Shown: in pieces, positions 1 to 11,450 of the stretch
How positions within the stretch are numbered: position 1 is the stretch's first letter
Layout: each line of letters opens with the position of its first letter
Assembly: GCA_963702205.1 (NCBI GenBank)
Contig: OY969724.1
Location: 1,184,001 to 1,248,000, forward strand
From: an uncultured candidate division Zixibacteria bacterium
GTDB taxonomy: Bacteria; Zixibacteria; MSB-5A5; GN15; PGXB01
DNA: 64,000 bases
Direction of reading: 5' to 3'
Made by a program: the position numbers and the translations under genes
The notes under the pieces: generated by a model
Database searches by the model: none
Told to the model about the DNA's origin: nothing
What the model saw: the letters and a program-made list of their open reading frames with translations, nothing else

Positions 1-1
1 G

Positions 2-3000
2 ATAACTATTCCGAGCGCAGACTGGTTCGGGACGGAAACGATTACATTCACTGCGACCGATCCAGGGCTGCTGAGTGACAGTGATCCGGCGACGTTCACG
101 GTCAACAATATAAATGATGCACCGATCGTGAGCGACATACCCGATCAAACCATAGACGAAGGTTCGACCTTCGCGACCATCAATTTAGACAATTATGTCA
201 GTGATATAGATAATGCCGATTCCGAGATAAACTGGACGTATTCGGGCAACACGGAACTTACGGTTAATATCGATGCCTCACGAATAGCAACGATCACTAT
301 TCCGACCACTGATTGGAATGGTGCAGAGACGGTGACATTCACCGCGACCGATCTGGGACTGCTTTCGGATAATGATCCGGCAGTATTCACGGTCAATGCC
401 ATAAATGACGCCCCTGTTGTGACAGATATTCCCGATCAGACGATAGATGAAGGCTCAACTTTTGCCACGATAAATCTCGATGATTTTGTTTCGGACGTCG
501 ATAATGCTGACGCCGAAATGTCCTGGATCTATTCGGGTAATACGGAGCTTGCGGTTAGTATCGATGCCTCGCACGTCGCCACGATAACGATTCCGAGCTC
601 AGACTGGTTCGGCTCGGAGACGATCACGTTTACCGCAACCGATCCCGGCTTGCTCGGCGACAGCGACCCGGTGACGTTTACCGTCAATAATATTAACGAC
701 GCGCCGGTGGTCAGCGACATACCCGATCAGACTATCGATGAAGGTTTGACTTTCGCCACGATAAACCTCGACGACTTCGTGGCTGATATAGACAATGCCG
801 ATGCGGAGATAAACTGGACGTACTCGGGAAACACAGAGCTGTCCGTCAGCATTGACGGGTCACGCGTCGCGACAATTTCGGCGCCCGATGCCGATTGGAA
901 CGGGTCGGAGACGATCACGTTCACGGCGACCGATCCCGGTCTGCTGTCTGACAGCGACCCGGCGACGTTCACGGTCAATGCCGTCAACGACGCCCCGGTG
1001 GTTGCGGATATTCCGAATCAACTCGTAGACGAGGGCGTCAGTTTTGCGACCATAAATCTGGATGATTTTGTGTCCGACGTCGATAACAGCGACGCCGAAA
1101 TGACCTGGACTTATTCCGGCAACACCGAGCTTACGGTCGGTATCGATGGTTCGCGTGTCGCGACCATCACGATACCGTCACCGACCTGGAATGGTTCGGA
1201 GACGATCACGTTCACTGCCACCGACCCGGGACTGTTGAGTGACAGCGATCCGGCGACGTTTACGGTGTCAAGCATCAACGATGCTCCGGTAGTGAGTGAT
1301 ATCCCCGATCAGACTATAGATGAGGGCTCAACCTTTGCGACGATCAATCTCGATGATTTCGTGACCGATCCCGACAATCCCGACGCCGAGATGACGTGGA
1401 CGTACTCCGGTAACACCGAGCTTTCGGTCAGTATTGACGGTTCACGCGTTGCGACGATAACTATTCCGAGCGCAGACTGGAACGGAGCGGAAACGATTAC
1501 GTTTACCGCCACCGATCCGGGGCTTCTGGCTGACAGCGATGCCGCAACGTTTACCGTAAATTCAGTCAACGATGCTCCGGTGGTAACAAATATCCCCGAT
1601 CAAACTATTGATGAAGGTTCCACCTTTGCGACGATAAATCTCGATGACTTTGTTTCGGATGTTGATAATTCAGACGCCGAAATGACCTGGAGCTATGCCG
1701 GCAATGTGGAACTTACGGTTAATATCGACGCTTCGCACGTGGCGACGATAACGATTCCGAGCATCGACTGGAACGGCGTGGAGACGATCACGTTTACCGC
1801 GACCGATCCCGGTCTGCTGTCCGACAACGATCCGGCCGTGTTTACGGTGAACGCCATCAATGATGCTCCCATAGTAAGCGATATTCCCGATCAGACGATA
1901 GATGAAGTCTCAACATTTGCCACGATAAATCTCGATGATTTTGTTTCGGACGTCGATAATGCTGACGCCGAAATGTCCTGGACCTATTCGGGTAATACGG
2001 AGCTGACGGTGAGTATCGATGCTTCGCGCATCGCGACCATTACGGCTCCCGACGCCGACTGGTTCGGCTCGGAGACGATCACGTTTACCGCAACCGATCC
2101 CGGCTTGCTCGGCGACAGCGACCCGGTGACGTTTACTGTCAATAATATTAACGACGCGCCGGTGGTCAGCGACATACCCGATCAGACTATCGACGAAGGT
2201 TCGACCTTCGCAACTATAAATCTCGATAACTTTGTTTCGGACGTCGATAATGCCGACGCCGAAATCAACTGGACCTACTCCGGAAATACTGAACTCACGG
2301 TTAATATCGACGCCGGCCATATCGCCGCGATTACGATTCCGAGCACCGATTGGAACGGCTCGGAGACGATCACGTTCACGGCGACCGATCCCGGTCTGCT
2401 GTCTGACAGCGACCCGGCGACGTTCACGGTCAATGCCGTCAATGACGCACCGGTCGTAACGGATATACCCGATCAGACGATAGATGAAGGTTTGACTTTC
2501 GCGACTATAAATCTGGATGATTATGTCAGTGATGTCGATAACAGTGACGCCGAAATCAGCTGGACCTACTCCGGAAATACTGAACTCACGATTAATATCG
2601 ATGCCTCACGCGTCGCCACAATAACGATTCCGGGCGCTGAATGGTACGGCTCGGAAACGATTACCTTCACCGCGACCGACCCCGGCCTGCTGTCCGACAG
2701 CGATCCGGCCGTGTTTACGGTAAACAATATTAACGACGCCCCGGTCGTGTCGGATATTCCCGACCAGACGGTGGCCGAAGGGACAGCTTTCGCTACTATT
2801 AATCTCGATGACTTCGTCGCGGATAACGATAATGCCGACAACGAGATTACGTGGACGTACAGCGGCCAGTCAAATTTGAACGTATCCATAGACGGCTCCC
2901 GTGTGGCGACCATCACACCGGTTGATCCGAACTGGAACGGCACGGAGACGATTACGTTTACTGCGACCGATCCGGGCCTGCTGTTTGCCAGCGACGCCGC

Positions 3001-6000
3001 AACGTTTATGGTCACGGCGGTTAACGACGCTCCGGTCGTGAGCGGTATCCCGGATCAGACCATAGCAGAGGGGGCCAGCTTCACGACTATCAATCTCGAT
3101 AATTATGTAACCGACGTGGACAACGTCGACGCCGATATGATCTGGACCAAGTCCGGCAATACGGAACTTCTGGTCGATATCACCAACCGTGTGGCGACCA
3201 TCATTATTCCGAGCCCCGGCTGGGTGGGATCGGAGACGATTACTTTCCGGGCGACCGACCCGGGCCTGCTGTTTGGTGAGGATGCGGCCACGTTTACGGT
3301 GACCAATGTCAATGATGCCCCGGTCGTGTCGGATATTCCCGATCAAACCGTTGCCGAGGGCGATAATTTTGTCACCATAAGTCTCGACGATTATGTCAGC
3401 GACGTAGACAATACCGATGCTGAAATGACCTGGTCGGCCACCGGTCAAACGGACCTTACGGTCGATATCGACGCCAGCCATGTGGCGACAATTACTATAC
3501 CGTACGCCGACTGGAACGGTGCGGAAACGATCACATTCACGGCGACCGATCCCGGCTTGCTGACCGGTTCCGATCCGGCGACGTTTACGGTCACCGCCGT
3601 CAATGACGCCCCGGTCGTAGCGGATATTCCCGATCAAACTATCGACGAGGGCCAGCCGTTTGCAGCGATTGATCTTGATAATTTTGTCAGCGACGTCGAC
3701 AACGCCGCCGCCGAAATGACCTGGACGTACAGCGGCAATACGGAACTTACGGTTTCGATCGACGCCAGCCGCGTCGCGACCATTACCGCACCAGATGGCG
3801 ACTGGAACGGGGCCGAGACGATTACGTTCACGGCGACCGATCCGGGGCTTCTGGCCGACAGCGATCCGGCGACCTTCACGGTTAATGCCGTCAATGATGC
3901 GCCGGTTGTAACAGATATTCCCGATCAAACTATAGATGAAGGTTCGGCCTTCGCTACAATAGATTTGAATACTTATGTCACCGATATAGATAATCTCGCA
4001 TCCGAAATGACCTGGAGCTACAGCGGAAATACCGAGCTTGCGGTCAGCATCGATGCTTCCAATACAGCTACCGTGACGACGCCGAATGCCGATTGGTTTG
4101 GCACGGAGACGATTACATTCACAGCGACCGATCCGGGACTGCTTTCAGACAGCGACCCGGCGACGTTCACGGTAAACAACATCAATGACGCCCCAGTCGT
4201 GTCGGACATTCCCGATCAGACGGTGGCCGAGGGTTCGCCGTTCGCGACCATTAATCTCGATGATTTTGTCAGCGACGTTGATAACGCCGACAATGAAATT
4301 ACATGGTCGTACAGCGGCGACGCCAACCTGTCGGTATCCATCGACGCCGGTCGGGTGGCCACCATCACGGCCATCGATCCAGACTGGAACGGTTCGGAGA
4401 CGATTACATTTACAGCGACCGATCCCGGCCTGCTGTTTGACAGCGACCCGGCGACGTTTACGGTCACGGCCGTCAATGACGCGCCGGTGGTCAGCGGCAT
4501 TCCCGACCAGGCCATACCTGAGGGTTTCACCTTTGCTCAGATAAACCTTGATAATTATGTCACCGACGTCGACAATACCGACGCCCAGATGACCTGGACA
4601 AAATCGGGCAACGTCGAGTTGCTGGTTGATATTACCAACCGTGTCGCCACGATAATAATTCCGAGCGCGCAGTGGAACGGTTCGGAGACGATTACGTTCA
4701 CGGCGACCGATCCGGGCCTGCTGTCCGGCTCCGACGCCGCCACGTTTACGGTCTCAGCCAACAACGATGCGCCGGTCGTGACGACCATACCGAACCAGAC
4801 AATCAATGAAGGCTCGACCTTTACGACGATAAATCTCGATGCTTATGTCAGCGACGTCGACAATACCGACGCCGAAATGACCTGGACGACGTCGGGCGAA
4901 ACCGATCTGACGGTGTCGATCGACGCCTCGCGGGTGGCGACGATTACCATTCCGTCGGCCGATTGGTACGGCTCGGAAACGATCACGTTCCGTGCGACCG
5001 ATCCGGGGCTGCTGTTCGATGAAACATCGGCCACGTTTACGGTCAATAATATAAACGATGCCCCGGTCGTAAGCGATATTCCCGACCAGACCGTCGCCGA
5101 AGGGACGGCCTTCGCTACTATCAATCTCGATGATTTTGTGACTGATATAGACAACGCCGACAATCAAATTTCGTGGACGACCAGCGGCGAGACAAACCTG
5201 TCGGTTTCGATTAATGCCTCGCGGGTGGCTACGATAACTTCGATCGATCCTGACTGGAACGGTTCAGAGACGATTACGTTTACGGCTACCGATCCGGGAC
5301 TGCTGTTCGCTTCTGATGCGGCCACCTTCACGGTGACGGCCGTCAATGATGCCCCGGTCGTGAGCGGCATTCCCGATCAGACGATACCGGAAGGTTCTTC
5401 CTTCGCGACGATCAACCTCGATGACTATGCCGCCGACGTCGATAACCTCGATTCGGAACTGGGGTGGACGTACAGCGGCAATACCGAGCTGACGGTTTCA
5501 ATCGACGCCGCGCACGTCGCCACGATAAGTATACCGTCGGCCGACTGGAACGGTTCGGAGACAATCACGTTCACCGCGACCGACCCCGGTTTGTTAACCG
5601 GCTCGGATAATGCCATCTTCACGGTCACGGCCGTCAATGACGCGCCGGTGGTCTCGGATATTCCCGATCAGACCATCGACGAAGGTGCGACGTTTGCGAC
5701 TATCAATCTCGATGATTATGTAACGGACATAGATAACACCGACGCCCAGATGACATGGACGTACAGCGGCAACGTGGCGTTGAGCGTAGGCATAAATGCG
5801 TCGCACGTCGCCACGATAACGACTCCGACCGTCGACTGGAACGGTTCGGAGACGATCACGTTCACCGCAACCGATCCCGGTTTGCTGTCTGACAACGACG
5901 TGGCCACGTTCACGGTCAATGCCGTCAACGACGCCCCGGTGGTGCTGGATATACCGAACCAGACGATTTCCGAGGGTTCCAGCTTTGCGATCATCAACCT

Positions 6001-9000
6001 CGATGATTACGTGGCCGATCCCGATAACGCCGACAACCAGATGTCGTGGAGTTATTCCGGTCAGACCGATCTGATAGTCAATATCTCCAGCCGCGTGGCT
6101 ACTATCGCCATTCCGAATGCCGACTGGTTCGGTTCGGAGACAATCACGTTCACGGCGACCGATCCCGGTCTGTTGAGCGACAGCGATCCGGCTACGTTTA
6201 CGGTGACCAATGTCAACGACGCTCCGGTTGTGGCCGATATTCCCAACCAGGCCACCGTTGAGGGCGGCTCGTTTGCCACAATAAATCTCGATGACTATGT
6301 CAGCGACGTCGATAATCTCGACGCTGAAATGACCTGGACATACAGCGGCAACGTGGAGCTTTCAGTATCGATCGATGCTTCGCATGTCGCCACGGTTACG
6401 ACGCCGTCGCCGACGTGGAATGGTTCGGAGACGATTACGTTCCGTGCGACCGATCCCGGTCTGCTGTTCGATGAAGATGCGGCGACGTTTACGGTTTCGG
6501 CCACCAATGACCCGCCGGTCGTGAGCAATATCCCCGATCAGACTATCCCCGAGGGCTCGTCCTTCGCGACGATTAATCTCGATAATTATGTGGATGATAT
6601 AGATAACACCGATGCCGAAATTACCTGGACGTACAGCGGCAATACGGAACTGAGCGTGAGTATCGACGCCTCGCGCGTCGTCACGATCACGGTGCCGAAT
6701 GCCGACTGGAACGGCGCGGAGACGATTACATTCACGGCGACCGATCCCGGTCTGCTGTCCGACAGCGATCCGGCGACGTTCACGGTGACGGCTGTCAACG
6801 ACGCACCGGTTGTTCTGGATATACCGGATCAGACGATTGCCGAAGGCGCCAGTTTCACGCAGATAAATCTCGATAATTACGTAACCGACGTCGACAACAC
6901 CCCGGCCCAGATGATCTGGACCAAGAGCGGAAACGTCGAACTGCTGGTTGACATTTCCAACCGCATCGCTACGATAATTATCCCCAACAGCGAGTGGAGC
7001 GGTTCCGAGACGATCACGTTCCGCGCCACCGATCCGGGCAGCCTGTTCGGTGAAGATGTGGCAACGTTTACGGTTACGGCGGTCAACGATGCGCCGGTCG
7101 TGACGGATATTCCCAATCAGACGGTCCCCGAGGGCGGATCGTTCACGACGATTAATCTGGACGACTATGTCAGCGATCTCGATAATACCGACGCTGAAAT
7201 GACCTGGACCGCCAGCGGACAAAGCGAATTGAGTGTCACGATAGATGTTTCGCGGGTGGCTACGATTTCCATCCCGAGTGCCGACTGGTACGGTTCGGAA
7301 ACGATTACGTTCCGGGCGACCGATCCCGGCCTGCTGTTCGACGAAGACGCAGCGACCTTCACGGTGACCAATATTAACGATGCGCCGGTCGTCTCCGACG
7401 TTCCCGATCAAACCATCGCCGAAGGCGCGTCTTTCGTCACGATCAATCTTGATGATTATGTAACAGACATAGATAACGCCGACAGCCAGATCGGCTGGAC
7501 CACCTCCGGTGCGACGGAACTGTCGGTTTCGATCAGTCCGTCGCGTGTCGCCACGATCAATATTCCGACCGTCGATTGGAACGGTTCGGAAACGATCACG
7601 TTCACTGCCACCGATCCCGGTCTGTTGTCCGACAGCGATCCGGCAACGTTTACGGTGACGGCCGTCAACGACGCTCCGGTGGTGTCGGATATTCCCGATC
7701 AGGCGGTTCCTGAGGGCGGCACGTTCGCAACGATAAATCTCGATAACTATGTAACCGACGTCGACAACGCCGACAGTGAAATTGACTGGACGTACAGCGG
7801 CAATACGGAACTTACGGTCGCTATCGATGCTTCGCGTATCGCGACCATCACGACGCCGTCGCCGACCTGGAATGGCTCCGAGACGATCACGTTTACCGCG
7901 ACCGATCCGGGCCTGCTGTCCGACAGCGATCCGGCGACGTTCACGGTCTCGAGTGTCAACAATCCGCCGGTGGTTACGGACATCCCCGATCAGACCATCG
8001 ACGAGGGCGGGACGTTCGCTACGATCAATCTCGATGACTATGTTAGCGACGTCGATAATGCCGACGCCGAAATCACGTGGACCTACAGCGGCAATACCGA
8101 CCTGCTGGTCGATATAGATGTCAACCGCGTGGCGACCATCACCACGCCGAACGCCGACTGGAACGGTGCGGAGACGATTACGTTTACCGCGACCGATCCG
8201 GGCCTTCTGGCCAACAGCGACGCCGCCGCGTTCACGGTTAATCCGGTCAACGACGCTCCGGTCGTGGCCGATATTCCCGACCAGACGATTGCCGAAGGCG
8301 CGACGTTCCTGACGATAAATCTCGATAATTTCGTAAATGACATAGACAATGCCGATGCCGAGATCAACTGGGTGGCGACGGGCCAGACCGAGCTTTCGGT
8401 CACGATCGACGCCAACCGCACGGCGACAGTTGCCATTCCAAATGCCGACTGGAACGGTTCGGAGACGATTACGTTTACCGCGACCGATCCGGGACTGCTT
8501 TCCGACAGCGATCCGGCCACGTTCACGGTAACGGCTGTCAACGATGCACCGGTCGTGACGGACATTCCCGACCAGACGGTGGCCGAGGGCAGCCCGTTCG
8601 CGACCATCAATCTGGATGATTTTGTCAGCGACGTGGATAATGCCGACGCCGAACTTACCTGGTCTTATAGCGGCAATACGGAACTTACGGTCGTTATCGA
8701 TGCTTCGCGTATCGCAACCGTCACGACGCCGTCGCCGACCTGGAACGGCTCGGAAACGATTACATTCACCGCGACCGATCCCGGACTGCTGTTCGATTCC
8801 GACGCCGCCGCGTTTACGGTGACCGGTGTCAATAACGCTCCGGTCGTGTCGGATATTCCCGACCAGACGATAGCTGAGGGTTTTACCTTCGCGACGATCA
8901 ATCTCGACGATTATGTAAGCGATATAGATAATGCCGACGCTGAAATAAGCTGGACGTACGGCGGCAACACCGAGCTGACGGTTTCCATAAGTACAGCTCG

Positions 9001-11450
9001 CGTCGCCACCATCGGCATTCCGAACATAAACTGGAACGGTTCGGAGACGATTACGTTCACCGCGACCGATCCCGGCCTGCTGACCGACAGCGATCCGGCC
9101 ACGTTCACAGTGACGGCCGTCAACGACGCGCCGGTCGTGTCGAATATAACCAATCAGACCATTACCGAGGGCGGTTCGTTTACGACAATCAACCTCGATG
9201 ATTACGTCAGCGACGTGGACAACCCCGATGCCGATATCAACTGGTCGTACAGCGGCAACGTCGAGCTGTCGGTTTCCATCGACGGCAACCGTGTCGCCAC
9301 CGTCGGTATTCCGACGCCTGACTGGAACGGTTCGGAAACGATTACGTTTACCGCGACCGATCCGGGTCTGCTGTCCGATTCCGATGACGCGACATTCACG
9401 GTCAATCCGGTCAATGATGCTCCGGTTGTCGCCGACATCCCCGATCAGACCATCGCCGAGGGCGGCACGTTCGCAACGATCAATCTCGATGATTACGTCA
9501 ATGATATAGATAATCCGGATTCCGATATGAACTGGACCTACAGCGGTAACGTCCAGTTGATCGTCTCCATCGACGTGAACCGTGTCGCCACGATCACGAC
9601 GCCCAACGCCGACTGGAACGGCTCGGAGACGATAACCTTCCGCGCGACCGACCCGAATTTCCTGTTCGACACCGACGCCGCGACATTCACGGCGACGCCG
9701 GTCAACGACGCTCCGGTCGTGCTCGACATTCCCGATCAAACGGTCGATGAAGGTTCGGCATTTACACTTATAAATCTCGATGACTATGTTTCTGACATAG
9801 ACAATCTCGACAACCAGATGACATGGAGCTATTCCGGCAACACCGACCTGATAATCAACATCGTCAACCGCGTGGCCACCATCACGATCCCGTACGTCGA
9901 CTGGAATGGTTCAGAGACGGTCACGTTCACGGCGACCGATCCCGGCCTGCTGTTTTCATCCGACGCCGCGACGTTCACGGTTAACGCCGTCAACGATGCC
10001 CCGGTGGTGAGCAATATTCCCGATCAGATAGTCGGTGAAGGCGGATCGTTCACGTCGATCAATCTCGACGATTATGTCAGCGACGTCGATAATACCGACG
10101 CCGAAATGACGTGGACATACAGCGGCAACGTGGAACTGACCGTCGCGATAGACGGGGCCAGAGTGGCGACAATCACGACGCCGTCGGTTGACTGGAACGG
10201 TTCGGAGACGATTACGTTCACGGCGACCGATCCCGGTCTGCTTTCGGACAGCGATCCCGCGACGTTTGGGGTTTCGGCGTCTAATGATGCTCCGGTCGTG
10301 ACCGATATTCCCGATCAGACCATCGCCGAGGGCGGCACGTTTGTTACGATCAATCTCGATGATTATGTCAGCGATATAGATAATACCGACGCCGAGATGA
10401 CGTGGACGTACACCGGCAATACCGAACTGACGGTAACGATCGACGCGAGCCGGGTAGCGACCATAAATATTCCGAACATAGACTGGTACGGTTCCGAAAC
10501 GATCACGTTCACTGCGACCGATCCGGGCCTGCTTTCGGCCAGCGATCCGGCCACGTTTACGGTAACCAATATAAATGACGCTCCGGTAGTATCAGACATA
10601 CCCGATCAAACGATAGATGAAGGTTTGACTTTTGCGGCGATCAATCTCGATGATTTTGTCAGTGACGTTGATAATGCCGATTCCGAGATTAACTGGACCT
10701 ACTCCGGCAATACGGAACTAACGGTCAATATAGACGCGTCGAGAGTCGCAACGATAACCATCCCGGGTGCAGAATGGAACGGCTCGGAAACGATCACGTT
10801 TACGGCGACTGATCCGGGTACGCTGTTCGGTTCCGATGCGGCGACGTTCACGGTTAACGCCGTCAACGACGCTCCGGTAGTGACGGATATACCCGATCAA
10901 ACCATAGACGAAGGTTCGACCTTTGCGACCATAAGCCTGGATGATTATGTGTCCGACGTCGATAACGTGGACGCGGAGATGACGTGGACATACTCCGGCA
11001 ATACGGAACTTACGGTCAGTATCGATGCTTCGCACATAGCGACAATTACGATTCCAGGTGCCGACTGGTATGGCTCAGAAGCGATTACGTTCACGGCCAC
11101 TGATCCCGGGCTGCTGGCTGACAGCGATCCGGCCGTATTCACGGTCAATAATATTAACGATGTGCCGGTATTAAGCGATATCCCGGATCAGACCATTGAC
11201 GAAGGTTCGACTTTCGCGACCATGAATCTCGATGACTTCGTAAGTGACGTGGACAATGCCGATGCCGAGATTGCCTGGACGTACTCCGGCAATACAGAAC
11301 TGACGGTCAGCATTGACGGTTCTCGTGTCGCGACCATCACCACTCCCGGCGCTAATTGGAACGGTTCGGAGACGATTACGTTCACCGCGACCGATCCGGG
11401 CCTGCTTTCGGCCAGCGATCCGGCGACGTTTACGGTGACATCGGTCAACG
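2..11450 (+). repeat. Intragenic tandem repeat array, unit ~291 bp (some 288 bp), ~39-40 copies in window
   Basis: The gcgaccgatcc(c/g)gg (ATDPG) motif recurs every ~291 nt. Confidence 0.92.

Noticed and set aside
6362..9739. 1,125-aa antisense ORF and the many 60-350 aa antisense or alternate-frame ORFs over the repeat genes
   Set aside because: Shadow ORFs caused by the codon bias and periodicity of the sense repeats. They have Arg/Gly/Val-rich composition and no motifs.
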